In this document: one piece after another, positions 39,318 through 53,796 of the stretch | Layout of the letters: each line of letters opens with the position of its first letter | Numbering within the stretch: the stretch's first letter is position 1 | Assembly: GCF_006345805.1 (NCBI RefSeq) | Contig: NC_043020.1 | Coordinates: 24,676,001-24,740,000, forward strand | DNA length: 64,000 bases | Source of the DNA: Octopus sinensis | Taxonomy: Eukaryota | Reading direction: 5' to 3' | Notes under the pieces: model-generated | Told to the model about the DNA's origin: nothing | The model's input: only the letters and a program-made list of their open reading frames with translations | The model's database searches: none | Program-made: the position numbers and the translations under genes

Positions 39318-40758
39318 TTTTGTTTTCGTTTATAAGCCCCGGGGAATTTTAGGCTCAGTAGACTTAGGTTAAATGACATTCCAGTTTTGGCCACCTATTT
39401 TTTCTATTTTTCGTTCTATCATATTAGTTCGGTTCTGTTTTTTAATCTAGTTATAAATTGGAAGATATAATTAAAAGTTTCCTAAATTAATTTGCCAGTA
39501 TCGTACATGCATTTTAAAATATATTTTCGAACATTCTGCACCCATTTTCTTATCTGTTTATCTCTCATTTTCTTTGTCTTCTCATAAATTTCTCTTCAAT
39601 TTCTTCTACTTCTCGCTCTTTAACCCTTCAGTATTTCTTGTTCTCTTATTTCCACATTTCTATAATTTCTTTTTCACTGTTTTCCGCTTAGTTCCAAGTT
39701 TTATGCTGTTCTTTTTTGTTTTGTTTTTTCAAGTCTAATCCATCCTTGCAGCTATTTCTTTATACATACATTGGATTATTCCCTTCATTTTCTATTTTAT
39801 TTGGGGGTTTTTACCTCTTTTTCTAAAATTTTACAATTTTCCCTACAATATTTCTCTATCCTTAAAAATATTTCCCTTGCATCTCAGCAAATAATTTACC
39901 TGTAATCTACCCCTCTTTTCTGTTTCGTAACCCCTTTACTTTCGTCTGTGTTCCTTTCTCTAATTTTCTGTTTTTCCATACGCTATATCTGTTTTTGTGA
40001 ATTCCCACCTCAGATCTCTCACCTTTTACCATTTTTTCTCTTTTTTCCATACATAATAGATTTCCCAAAACCTTTCCCTTCCCAAAGTATCTCACTTTTA
40101 CCTTTTTCTGATTTTCTATTCGTCGTATGTTTTCTAGTATTCGTCCCACAAACATCTCACCTTTTACTATTCTTTCGGTTTCCCTATAGAGTCCCACTAC
40201 TTAACATGCTACCATTTTTAAATTCCTTCTATCCATACCATGACTTCTTTCATTTCTCATTCTTGTTCCCCACCACCTTTTCTCTTTCCCCCCAATATTC
40301 CTCATTCTTTCTGCAAACTACTTCACTATTTTTCTTCCAACCAATTTTCTATTTTATCTCCCATAAAAATATTTCCTTCTCATCTTTACTTCCTATATAT
40401 TTCGCTTCTATTAGCTTTTTGTTTTCTTTCTTCTCTCTATTTTGCCTGTCTTCTTCTCCTTGACTGAATAAATGTGAAAATCGGACCAATTATTTTTACC
40501 AACGTCTAATACATGCCAGTGGAGTTCGATTATAATATTAAACACAACACACTTCAGCTTCATTCTCCATTATCTTCATCTATTTTCCCTTCGCAGAATT
40601 TATCCTTTCTTACCTCTTCTTTACTGCCAATTCCTCATTATTCTAATACATCTCTTTAATGATATCTAACTATCTATCTATCTTCTCTGTATATCTATCT
40701 TGCAGTCTACCTCCTCTCTCTCTCTCTCTATCTACCTACCTACATATCTTTCTACCTA

Positions 40759-40815
<57 letters not shown>

Positions 40816-41749
40816 ATCTCTATGTCTTCTGTCTGTGTATCTACCTATCTTTACGTCTCCCTTTATCTAGTAATCTTTATCTTCTTCCTCTGTAGTCTCC
40901 CTCCATCTCGTTCCTTTGTTTCATTCTTTCCCCTGCATCATTATGGCGATGGTATTGAGAACTAAATTTAACAAAATCCATAGTATATTTTATCCTTTTA
41001 TTTTTTTCTAATTATCAAGGCTATCATCATCCTTTCATATACCTGTATATAAGTATATGCATGTATATAAATATCTGGGAAAAATACATATACGTATGTG
41101 TGTCTGCACTCATACATGTATGTAAATGATGTGTGTGTGTGCGTGCATGTGTATGCGCGCACATATATGTGCGTGATACCATTTAGTTATTGATCCATCT
41201 ATTTCAGAAGATTTAAAAGATGAAAGCAGCTGAATTATATTACTGTACGTATACCACGTGAGTAGATTTCGTGCTCAACAGTTTCCCTCGTTGCTTTTTA
41301 ATGATCGGTGCCTCCCCGCCCCCATGTGTGTGTGTGTAAAACATGAAACGGTCCGTTAGGAAACTCCTTCTCTTCATCCACCCCGCATCGAAACCAGGGA
41401 AGCAATGCATTTGCTTTCCGATGCGGCTCATTATCACACCTGTCGCTTTCATATATATATATACATATGAAAGTGATTTCAATATTTCCGTTCCACGCCG
41501 TTGTACATCCAGAGTATGCCGACATATATGTATAGGCATGTCCAACGTACTACGCAATATGACTGACCCCAGGACCATGCGAATACGAAGCATACGTCGG
41601 TCATACCTTTTCCTCCATATACAATTTATATACGTCATTTCTTATTGCAACCTGATTTTTGCCTCTCCTTCCGCCCCCCCTTCTTTATATATATATATAT
41701 ATATTATATATATATATCTTATATATAGATAGATAGATAGATAGATATG

Positions 41750-42019
41750 GAATAGAACCTCGATTTAAGAATTTAATTTGTTCCTGAAGGCCGTTCCTCA
41801 CCCGAATTGTTCGTTAACCGAAACTATTTTCCCCATAGGAAATTTAAGGGAAGGCACGGCGAATTCGAGCAAGGATGTGCACTGAGCGAAAGCTAGACTG
41901 CAACTAGCACTCTCCAGGTTGTCGCCGACTGTTGCTGCCAGACGTTTAATGATCGAAAAAATTGTTCGTATATCGGATTTGTTCGTGGAGAGAGACGTTC
42001 GTAAATCGAGGTTCCACTG
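41750..42019. mobile_element. Tigger/pogo-type MITE
   Basis: Right TIR gttcgtaaatcgaggttccactg|ta; left degenerate TIR gaatagaacctcgatttaagaat. Confidence 0.7.
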
Positions 42020-42306
42020 TATACTGTATCATTTCAACAGTGATGTTTTACTGATAGGCTGCCTTGCTGTTGTTGTTCGGCCGATAGATTGAATATTCCC
42101 AGTATAAATAGAAAATAAAACAGGATTTTATCAAGAGCCCGAAAACGCGGAACCGCGAACCCTGGGAAGACTCACACACACACACACACAACTTTGAATA
42201 ATCTCATTTTCTCTACATAAAGAATCGAGTACTTCTGTTCACTTAATTGCAAATATCTCATATGCATACATATGTGCGTTGTATGAAACAGAAGTTTATG
42301 TGCAAT

Positions 42307-42338
<32 letters not shown>

Positions 42339-42667
42339 TATATATATATAATATATATATATTATATATATATATATATAAATATATAATTATATATGCA
42401 CACAGACACACACTTAACAGGCATATGTAATGTAATTATATTTAAACATACATACAGACACATACACACAATGCTAAATTACAGCTGTAAAGCTATATCA
42501 GTGACTCGAATAAATGAACCATATATTCAGGGTTGTATATGACATATGTATACACAAACAAGTGACGACATACACACACATAATGTGTGCGTGTGTTGTA
42601 TATAGATATATATATATTATATATTATATATAATGAAGAGAGGAGAGAGAGAGAGGGAGAGAGAGAG

Positions 42668-42780
<113 letters not shown>

Positions 42781-43449
42781 TAATTTTAATGAAGTTAGCT
42801 GTAAAACAACACAAATAACAGTAAGGAGGATAAAAAATACACCGAAAACAACTACAGCATCATCATCATCATTAACAAGATCAATCGATTACTCGCTGCA
42901 CGTTTTCTTGGCAGTTTCGTCTTTGCGAAGTCCTATGTTAACGTTGTTTGCAACTGCAAACCTTCCAACGTGTAAGGTTCCCTAACACAATTACAAAGGG
43001 GAGTGTTCTTGTGTATGTATTGATGTAGTAGGGGACAGTTGTAGGGTCTGTGATGAAGGAGCTAACAGTAGGCGGTGGGTGGGGTGGAGGAATGTGGAAT
43101 ACTCGATATATCGTAACATTATGCAACGTAAGGAAGACATTACAAGACTCATAAAACAATCCATTTCTGCTCTTTACTTTCTGTTTGAGATTTGTATCGA
43201 TGGTGGTGGTCATCATTTTAGTAATGTCTGGCAGCAAGTGTTTGGGGGCTAATTAAGTAGGAATGTAAAGAGCAGAAATAATGAAGATGGTGATGAGAAT
43301 AAAGATGGCGGTGGTGGTGAAGACGACAACGACGACGATGATGATGATGATGATGATGCCACTATGCTCCCGATAATGACCAAGAGGTGACAGCGAGACA
43401 AAAATGTGAACGTGGTGGGTTTATATATATATATGCATACACACATTTC

Positions 43450-43517
<68 letters not shown>

Positions 43518-44848
43518 TATATTAGTAGCAGACGTTGTAGTCGTAGAAAAAGTAAGCTGTGGCAAAAAAGGGGGAAAAGCACGAGAAATAAGATGGAGGA
43601 GGCGGAGGAGGAGGCAAAGAAAAAGGCGATGAAGAGAAAGAATAAAAAGAAGGGAAGGAAGCCGAGCAAAAGTGAGAAGACATTAGAAGATAGATATAAA
43701 TAAGGAAGACTCCGGCCTTTTCTCTAAAGTCTGTCGGCGTCGTCGTCCTCCTTCAATCGTTGATTCAATAACCAGCAGACAATACAGGAATGGACAGGGG
43801 ACAAATTACACACCAATTCTTTATTACATTGGCTCAACTCTGACAATGGTCGCAGAAGAAGAGAAGGAGGAGGAGGAGGAGGAAGATGAAGATGTCTTTT
43901 GTTTGTACAAAACGACCGAGAAAGCTGTAAGCATGTGTTAGAAGGAATGTTGGTGTAGTGGTGGTTGTTGTAGTGGTGGTGGCTATGTTGGAAAGGTAGT
44001 GGTTGTAATGGTAGTGGTGGCTATGGTATCGTGGTGGTGGTGGTGGTGGTGGTGGTGGTAGTGGTGGTGGTTGGTCCGTGTTGTGGTGATTGTTAATGGC
44101 GGTATTGTGCTGGCTGTGGTTGAGGTAGTGGCGTTGTAGTGGTGGTCACTAGAGATGGTCATTGTTACGGTAGTGGTTTTATGGTGATGGTGGTGGCGGC
44201 GGTGGTAGTGGTGGTAGCTGCAGCTGCTGCTGATGAAGCTATGGTTGTGGTCAAAGAAGTGTTTGCCGTTGTAGTTGAGGCGGTAGTGGCTATGATGAAG
44301 AGAAGGATAAATAGTGATTATGATGATGACGATAATGATGATGATTACGGTGATTGTGATGATGATGATGATGGTGTCCAAGAACGCGAAGAAAAATCAA
44401 TAAGAATAGAAGTAAACAACGAGGGGGAAAAATCAATGTAAAAACGAGAAACCTCCCACTACCAACTCTACCACCTCTACATTCATCACCACCACCACCA
44501 CCAACACAACCAAAATCCCGGACACTACATCCTCCACCACCGCCATCTTGTTATAATGTACAGACAGATGTTGACGTTTGTCCCGGGGAGGCTACGCGTC
44601 GCACATGCCACCCCCATCCCCTTCACATCGTACAAGGTACGTCTACCTCACTCCTACCCTTCCACGACAAACACACCGAAGAAACTTCACGTGGTCGCTG
44701 TTGGTTGTAGTAGTAATAGTGGTAGTTGGTAGTAGCTGCTGTGGATAGACGTGTAGTAGTAATAGTAGTAGCGGTTGTGGCTGCACATATGTGTAGTTGT
44801 AATAGTTGCGCTTGAATCAGTATTCACATATACGGGTGTGGGTGTGTG

Positions 44849-44881
<33 letters not shown>

Positions 44882-45039
44882 ATATATATATACATATAGA
44901 AGAAAAGCATGTAGACGTGTGTGTGTGTGTGTGTATGTGTGTGCGCGCACTACAACCATATACATTACGCACCAACTCCTATACACATGCATATAAATAT
45001 ACACCTATATTTACATTCACCCACAAGCAAAACTATATA

Positions 45040-45240
45040 TGTATATATATGTTTATTTATGCTTGCAATAGCCGGTTCTTTTGGCCAAACTATCGTATCT
45101 CCAGCTGCTTCAGATGCCATGATATCAAAAATTGGCCAGCTGCTGTACAACGGTTTTGCTATGGAATGGTGGAACTATTTTTTCGTTTTCTGAAAAAGCG
45201 AAGTTTTGAACTTAAAACCCTTTTGCATAATAGCAACGAG
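45040..45240. mobile_element. Partial copy of the MITE family seen at 47655-47909
   Basis: gcttgcaatagccggttc...cagctgcttcagatgc...ttttgctatggaatggtg...gcataatagcaacga is shared. Confidence 0.75.
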
Positions 45241-45704
45241 ATGTGTGTGTGTGTGTGTTGTTGAAATTGTGTGTATAAGTTAATGTAGGATTGTCGTTAT
45301 GTTCAGAGCTTTACGTAGAATTACCATAATCCAGTCTACTTTCTTTATAATTATCTGTAACGTAATGTAATAAAGTGTTCTTCGATGATCCGTTCTGGTT
45401 GAGCATCTAAATACAGTCGGAACACTGATTGCAGGGCTCCAAGCAATTATAATGGGAAAACGCGCGTAGGAACTGTAATATATATGCATGTTTATCATTA
45501 TTTCTTGTGTGTGTGTGTGTGTGTGTGTATGTGTGTGTGTATGCGCGCGCGCAATAATCTGGAGACATTTTGGATACAGAAATATACAGATTGGCACAAA
45601 TTCACTGATATATTTTTGGCATGTGCAGACAGAAAGATTGCCAAGAAGAGTAAAGTGATAAAAACACGTGAAGTTGAATTGTGTGTTTTTCCTTGTCATC
45701 TCAG

Positions 45705-45736
45705 TTGTGATGAAGGACTTTGTCGGAAACGTCCAA
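45705..45736 (+). other. Decayed minimal hammerhead-like motif (Penelope-type relic)
   Basis: UUG-[C missing]UGAUGA-A-GGAC-UUU-GUCG-GAAA-CG-UC-CAA; two changes away from a canonical minimal type I fold. Confidence 0.5.
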
Positions 45737-46689
45737 AGGATCCATATTCTCCACGTTTGAGCAACAGGCTACATCTCTCTCTCTATTTCATGTGTGTGTA
45801 ATTGTCATCATCAGGTGCCATCGTCACTACAAAGATCCAGTGCCATCTTGATCTTTCTTCTGCTATTCTTTAGACATTCAAACTATTTTAAATCATTCCA
45901 ATTCTCATTACTAACCATCCATGTAATTCTTCATTTCCTCTTCTTTCTCGATTTATTTCACCTCCAATAACCAATCTATGTAAACAATTTTTTTCTAATT
46001 AAGTGTCCAAAATATTTCGTTTTTCTCTCTTTGATGGTGCCTAATGAAATTTTACAAGATTTTTTCTTCTTATTTTCAACTTTACCATTTGTAGCTCTTC
46101 ATCATTAAAGGCAATTAATTTGTCATTAAATTCAAAAATAAATATTTATTCTCGGCGATTTTTAAAGTCTTGAGTCCTTTATTTAATAGCGGCTACTAAT
46201 GTTATTACGAAACGCAGACACGCCTTCGCGACATACACACATCAATAACAACAGATTTTATTCCGGAGTATCAAAAGCATATGCCTCCTATTGCGTGTGC
46301 GCTCTTGTCAGAAAGTGAGTAACCATACAGAATGACTGATTATTTTCCTACACAACAAATACATACTTAATATTATGTTTTGAGTTTTTCCTACTCTGGC
46401 ACACATAAACGTATATAGAAATGTGTGCGTATATATATATATAAATATATATATGTATGTGTGTGTATATGTGCGTATATATATGGGTATATAAATATAT
46501 ATATATATGTATATATATACATGGGTACATATATATGTATATGGGTATATATATGTACATATATATATATATGGGTATATATATGTACATATATATATAT
46601 ATGGGTATATATATGTACATATATATGGGTATATATATGTACATATATATATATATGGGTATATATATATATTATATATATATATATAT

Positions 46690-47378
46690 CATTCTCTCTC
46701 TCCCTTTCACCATTCTTCATGGTCTCCTCGCACCATTCCCCTTCTTCTCTCTCTTCCTCTTGCTCCTCCTCCCCCATTCCCGTCGTCCATCTGCGACGAT
46801 ACTTCCGTCGTAACTGCTATCCTGTCTTTTCTCGCCCGCCTTCTAAGGCTACTGGTCGACACATTTTCTCTCTCTCGTCGTCCACGATAATCCAGCGTTG
46901 CAATACTTTTTCGTTTGGCGTTAACAGCCCTTCTTATCTTGTTCTCCTTGTCCTGTCTCTCACTGTTATATTTTATTTTCCACTGTTTATATATATATTT
47001 TTTACTGTTTATATGTTTGTACTGTCGTTACCGTCTTGCCTTTTTTTTTTTACCCCTCTGCGAAAAGATCTCAGAATTTTAATTGATTTGCTTTTCGCGG
47101 GAAGGAAGTTTTCTTCGAAGTATACGTCTCGCTTTTATCCTTCGAAACGTTTAGTAGATGAAACCTTAGCGACTGAAGAAGGGGATTTTTCGTTGTGCTG
47201 ATTGTCCTGTATCTCTCTTTTTTTGCTTGTCTTGTTCCTTGGTTTGTGTCTATGTGTTTCGTCTCTCTATGTGTTCGACGTCTTTTTGGTGTCCTGTACA
47301 CATATATGCGTGTATATGTACATGTAGAGTTAGGTACGTACATATATGTTTATATATATGCATATGTTCTATTTTATT

Positions 47379-47385
<7 letters not shown>
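46690..47385. repeat. Family X copy (homologous to 57075-57791)
   Basis: Long direct match to 57075-57791; the terminal part of about 335 bp also matches 56569-56910; embedded in TA tracts containing atatgggtatat on both sides. Confidence 0.9.
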
Positions 47386-47449
<64 letters not shown>

Positions 47450-47578
47450 GTATATATATATATAGTTGAAATTTATAGAAGAACAAAAGACAAAGATAGG
47501 TGTAGGAACAACAAGCTTGACGCTCGAGAAAATGAAAAGGTCTTTTATGTTTCGAGTCTATGCTCTTCAACTGAAAGG

Positions 47579-47651
<73 letters not shown>

Positions 47652-47654
47652 TAT

Positions 47655-47909
47655 ATCGTTGCTATTATGTTAAACTGTTGTATGTCCAAATTTGGTCAAT
47701 TGCGTTTTTGTTTTCAATATTTATTTTTGCTTGTAATAGCCGGTTCCTGTGGTCAAACTATCATATCTTCAGCTGCTTCAGATGCGAAGCTATCACAAAT
47801 TCTCAAAGTGTAGTTCAACAGTTTTGCTATGGAATGGTGAAACTATTTTTCCGTTTTCTGAAAAACCAACGTTTTGGATTTACGACACCTCTGCATAAAA
47901 GCAACGACA
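47655..47909. mobile_element. MITE with about 16-bp TIRs in TA context
   Basis: atcgttgctattatg ... cataaaagcaacgaca; second copy at 45040-45240. Confidence 0.72.
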
Positions 47910-49958
47910 TATATCTATATCTATCTATATCTATTTTGTTGGTTTTAGGCGAATGTCTCATAATGCGCTCTTAAAAGCTCTTACGCGTCTCGTTGTCGGA
48001 TACCACTTATCAGTGTCATCGCCCAGTGTAATCTTATGGGATGGATGGTGGAGCTTCTTTCAGCTTAGAATAAATATAGTAGCAATAATACGTGGATGGG
48101 AATTCGTCGGTTTTATTAATAAGCCTAAGAATTTTCATCCGCAAGTTGTTACAGGGATTATTGTGTGTGTGTATGTGTGTGTGTTTGAGTGTGTGCGTAC
48201 GTGCGTGCGTATATACATATCAAGACCAATTTGTGTTAGTCTGCCTTCCTACCTCCATATTCTGATTTGGATTTCTCAGAGACATTCTTGAGGCCGTGGG
48301 CTTTGCCCCTGATGAAGAATTTGAACTTAAATTTCTATTTCATTCGAGCACTGCTATATTTTTCTATACTGAGCTTATTTAACTCACAACTACACTATGT
48401 GTGTGTGTGTGTGTGATGGCTGTCTACTCATTATATTTGCATGACAATCGCTGACAGGTAGTGTCAGCAATGCCCGTGTAAAAGTTCTAAGTCGAGTACG
48501 GCTTGCACAATACCCCAATGACCCTCCCTAGCTAAGAAGACCAGAGACAAGCAAAGTGCAGTAGAGCAGCGAGTTTTTATACACGAATTATCTTCCTCCT
48601 AGGGGGATGCTTTGACAAAGACCAGGGATCCCTCACTCCCAGTGAATTTATTGTGCACTCGGACACCAACCCAAATATTTTCTACATCCCAGCACTGACA
48701 TACTACTTCATGCATAGCTGGTACACTAACAGGTGCTAGTAATCGAGTCATGGTTGGTCTGGAAAAAATTAGAGGTTAAGAGGAGGTTCCGGAATCCTCA
48801 AACCCGGGAACTTCTAGACCAGAACCCCACTCCCGGATGCAGTCATATTCAGGATATTGATTAACTTCAGGCCATAATAGAAACTTAATATGTTCTGTTT
48901 GTTGGATTGAAGCCGGAACCATTCGTTAATTACCCATTTTGGATACAAACACATACATTCCCCTCTGACACACATACATACGAACGTCCAAGGATATATG
49001 ACGTACTACAAGATCCCCAGCAGAGAAGCACACACACCACATGTATTATTAAGATCATTGTTCTGATAACATACATAAACGAATAAATCCCGAAGCGTTG
49101 TTAAGGCGGACATGTTGCTTGGGTTTGTCCGTTACTCAAACAACGACGATCAAAATAGTGTTCTCTATTTTTGACGAGAGAAAATCTGGTCCACTTTTTT
49201 TATATTTAAATTTTTTTTTCTTTTGCAAGTAGATATTATTTTATAATTATACATTATGGTCATAAATATTCAGTGAGTTGGCAGCTATCATTGTATACAC
49301 ACATAACCTAATATATGAAATGATATATATTTAGGACAACAAATATCAGTGACAACCGTTAAAGATACCCATTCACAGAAAATTCATTAAAACTATTCAG
49401 AGACATAAAAGAACGTTAAAATAAGTTTATCTGGAAACAATTTCTATAAATAAAGTGGTAGTTAGGAATATTCATAAAAAAGTTCTCTCCCTCTCTCTTA
49501 CACACACACACACATTTATATGGCAAGCAGCAAATATATTCACAAGTTTATATATTTAGATATATTTACCATACATTTCTTCTATTCCTTCATTTTCCTT
49601 CATATTTTATTATTTTAATTTGTTTTGAATCAGGAATTCAGTGACTTACCTGGAATGAGAAAAACAAATTCAATAATTATTGAAAGAAAAAAATGAGAAA
49701 ACAGCATTGTATATTATATGTAACATTACAAATCCAGTCGGCTCCCCATGGGTTAAATAAGAATGTAAACACATTCTTCTTAAGCTACTGTGGGAGGGAG
49801 ACAGTCTCCTGAGAGGCTGTTTCATGGTTTATTGATCGTTCATCAGCGAAGATGTATTCGGTTTCCTTCGCCAATCAAAAGCACAGATCATTAAGTGAGG
49901 TCTTCAGTTTTAATTTATTTCAGTTCTCATTTATACGGTATTGTGCATAAAATAGCGC

Positions 49959-49997
<39 letters not shown>

Positions 49998-52397
49998 TGT
50001 GTGTTTGTGGTGGGTGTCGCCTTGATTTCGAACTTAAACATTTAATAAAATGTCTGCATTTGTAGACATATCCTGTAACAAATTTAACCTCAATTCAGCC
50101 ATGGGCCCTCAGGGGACCATCTAGAACCGATTAAAAAATATTACAAAATTTGTGACAAACCTAAGTAAATCATTTGGTTCAAAATCTCAACAACGACAGT
50201 TCTGTCCCTTTCATATTCATCTAAAATGAATTTTCAACCCAGCACTTGATAGAGAAACTAGAGCTAATTTCATCTGCAACGTCTACAGTATTACATTAAC
50301 ATGCAGAGCTTCAATATTTTGCACTTTACGGATATTAGGAAATATAGAAAGCAAATTAAAAAAGAAATAACAGGCAAAAACAATGCAAAACAATGCAGAC
50401 AGAGCAATACAATGACGAAAGTGTTAGTCCAGCTGGTAAACGGAAAAGAGAGAAAATGTTTATAACGTTTCGATTGTTTGTCCGTCATCTAAAGGAATAG
50501 GAAATGAGAATCGATTCGAGGGAGAAAACGAGAGACAGAAACAAAGAAACACCGAGCAAAATAGGAAATAAAGGAAATTATTCAAAACTGAGGATTCCAA
50601 ATGTATTTAGCGAGTGGAGACTACATATTTATGGCAGCCAGTGTATGTGTATTTGTGCTGTTGATATGTATGTGTGCATGCGGTTATATAAAAGTGTGTA
50701 CGCTTCATGTGGCTGATTGTGTTATCTGGAAGACTAGAATGCTGGTGTGTGTGTGTGTGTGTGTATGTGTGTGTGCGTGTCTGCAGTTTATGTACGTAGA
50801 ACACAAGTGGCGGTCTGAGTTTGTGTGTGTATTTTATGTGTAAGTAACATGTGGCATGGTGTGCATGTATGTGCGTGCGTATGTTGGGTTGGTGGTTGTG
50901 TATGTGCATGTGTTTATATGTATGTGCGTGTGTAGCAGCGTTGGAGTTTGTGCGTGGTTACGTTAGGGTTGTGTAAGTGAACCTGTCTTTTCTAGTACGT
51001 AGGTACATGTATGCGTGAGTGTGCGTGTGGGGGGGGGGTAGCGTTGGTGCGTTTTGACATGTAAGCGTTTTGACATGTATGTATATGTGTGAAACTGCTT
51101 TGTGTACGCATGTGCAGATAACGTCGTGTGTGTGTGTGTATGTATATGAAATGTGTGTTGAAAATGTAATTGTAAGGATGTGTGTTGAGTATATGTGTGT
51201 TAGTTTAAGTGTGCATGTATGTGCGTAGATTGTATGTGTGTGTTTGCTTAGTACGTGTCTAATAATCAGGTTGGTCGGTGGGGATGAGTATATTTAGGGA
51301 GTGTGTATATGTTTGTGTAGCCTTGGGTGCGTGTGTGTACACTCCCGATGAAATGAAATTCGTGTGTGTGTGTGTGTGTGTATACATGTGTAGTATACAT
51401 ACATATCAGAAAATTAGTATTTTTTTTAATGTGAGCAGAAACGCAAATTTAAATTAAGAATAATCTAGGAGAAAACACGTGTGTGTGTGTGGTGGGGGGG
51501 AGAGCATCTTGAAAATAAGGTCAAGCGAGACGTAAAGAGGTTCTTTGGAAGTTAAGAACGCAGCTACTAGACAGAACGTTCGAGAAGGTAGAAGGGTGGC
51601 TGAAAGTGGGTCCACATGTGGCGCAAATAGTGGCACAGGTAATAATTAGTGTAGGCAGTGAAGTGTGTGTATGTGTAGATGGATGTGTGTGTGTGCGTGT
51701 GTTTAAAATAGTATATGGATGTGTTGGAGTAGTGAAGTATAGGATGATAATATAATTGCATGTGTGCGTGAGCGGCAATTGTTTATGAAATGTCATTTGT
51801 GCGTATGTTGCATGTGTGTGTATGTAGATGTGTATATATGTGTCTAAGATTATTGGTGTGTGTGTGTCTGTGTATATGTTTCATGCATGAGTGTGTAAAA
51901 GTGTTAACGTGTAAGCTTTTTTGTCCGTGGATGTAGTTTGTCTTAGGGGTGTGTATACAGTTACAACCGTACGTCGTTGCACATAATGGGTGCACGCGAA
52001 ATGTGTAAGTGTAGGGTGCGTGATTATGTGTGATCCTTGCACAAGGAAGCTGGATGTGTGTTTGTGTGTGAGCACGTGTGTATAATGTAGTTTATTTGGG
52101 CGTATGGCAGACGACTATTTCCTACAGTTTGCAAAACCGTTTCAATAGTGTTATAGGTCCCCGAGCGAAAACAAATCCACAGTACACATAGTTCAGAACT
52201 GGGTTGGTGTGGCCATGCTTTAAGATGGCACAGTGTAAGCACATTCTGTATGTGTGCGTCTTTGAGACTGTATACGTTGTGGATGTGTACACGAACGCGT
52301 GTGAGCTAAGGTATGTTTTTTAATCTTATGTGTATACAAAAAAATTGAACGTTGAAATAGTGTTAGCCAAGTGTACGTGTATGTGTTGTTGTTGCTG

Positions 52398-52709
52398 TTT
52401 GTTCCTTCTCGAGCCATGCCTGGCTCATAAGGGCAGGTTTCCTGGTTTCATTGGTGTATGGGTTCCCAACCTGGACGGGATGCGGGTCCGTCGCAGGTGA
52501 GCTGCTAGATGCAGGAGGAGGAAAGAGTGAGAGGAAGTTGTGGAAAAAGAGAAAAAAAATCAGCAGAAGCTTCCCATTACCTTCTGCCGGAGCTGCGTAG
52601 AGCTTAGGTCTTTCGCTCATAAACACACACATCGCTCGGTCTGAGATTCGAACCCGCGATCACTCGACCGCGAATCCGCTGCTTTGACCACTAGGCCATG
52701 TGCCTCCAC
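52398..52709 (-). mobile_element. SINE family D with tRNA-Arg(TCG)-like head
   Basis: gtggaggcacatggcctagtggtcaaagcagcggattcgcggtcgagtgatcgcgggttcgaatc resembles tRNA-Arg with TCG at the anticodon position; possibly one of the described octopus OR-type SINEs (unverified). Confidence 0.8.
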
Positions 52710-53243
52710 ATATGAATGTGTGGGTTATTAAAAATGAACATGGGAATTCATGCAGTGCGGGGGTTAAGTTAGGAGAAGGAAAATAAGCATGTGCCCTACT
52801 ACCACCACCACCACCACCACCACAACTACTACTACACACACACATATACAAGCGGTATTTTATTTATGTACACACTTATTTGGTTAATCAGTCTTGGATC
52901 GAAAAATTGGACTAGACGATGTATAATACTAATATAAGCCATAACGAATTCAATTCGCCCATTGGTTAGGATGTTACGTTTACGATTCTTATAATGTTGG
53001 CTCGATTCTCGGACTGGCCAGGTCAATATGTTGTTTCCTTGAGCAAGATACTTCATTTCTACTCGGCTACAAATGGAGTTTAACACGCTGTGATGAATTG
53101 GAGAGTCTCGTTCTCCCAGTTTACTAAACATCTCAGTAAAAGCTGAAATACTTCAGTCTCATGAGCCTGAAGTTTGGAAACAGTCAAATATTGATCATAT
53201 ACGTAGATATAATGGTTAGTAGAACAGCTTGTACAGTGAAAGA

Positions 53244-53287
<44 letters not shown>

Positions 53288-53308
53288 CACACACACACAC
53301 ACACACAC

Positions 53309-53355
<47 letters not shown>

Positions 53356-53363
53356 TATATATA

Positions 53364-53732
53364 TTCTTTTAAATGTTTCAGTCATTTGGCTGCAGCCATG
53401 CTGGGGTGCCGCCTCTAATCGAACAAATCGATCCCAGGACTTATTCTTTATAAGCCTAGTACTTATTCTATCGTTCTCTTTTGCCGAACTGTTGTCATGC
53501 GCTGGTTGGGGGACAAACACAGACACACAAACATACACCACACACATAAATATATATTATATATATATACACGACAGGCCTCTTTCAGTTTCCGTCTAAC
53601 AAATCCACTCACAAGGCTTTTGTCGACCCGAGGCTACAGTAGAAGACACTTGCTCAAGGTTCCAAGCTGGGACTGAACCCGGAACCATGAGGTTGGTAAG
53701 CAAGCTACCTACCAGACAGCCATTCCTGCACC
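53364..53732 (-). mobile_element. SINE family A
   Basis: gtttcagtcatttggctgcagccatgctggggtgccgcc...accagacagccattcctgcacc; (TA)n on both flanks. Confidence 0.9.
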
Positions 53733-53734
53733 TG

Positions 53735-53796
<62 letters not shown>

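Noticed and set aside
41382-41626. Two small hairpins (ccgcatcg...cgatgcgg; tatgactgac...gtcggtcata)
   Set aside because: Stems of only 8-10 bp with bulges; expected by chance in 64 kb.
46470-46670. About 30-bp atgggtatatatatgtacatatatat repeat array resembling a CRISPR or minisatellite system
   Set aside because: No unique spacers; this is a variant-TA minisatellite in a eukaryote.
47130-47190. Type II (permuted) hammerhead in family X
   Set aside because: GAAA, GUA and CUGAAGA are in the right order but no helix I can be formed in any copy; kept only as a conserved motif.
52640-52709. tRNA-Arg gene
   Set aside because: No acceptor stem pairing or poly-T terminator; it continues into a SINE body.
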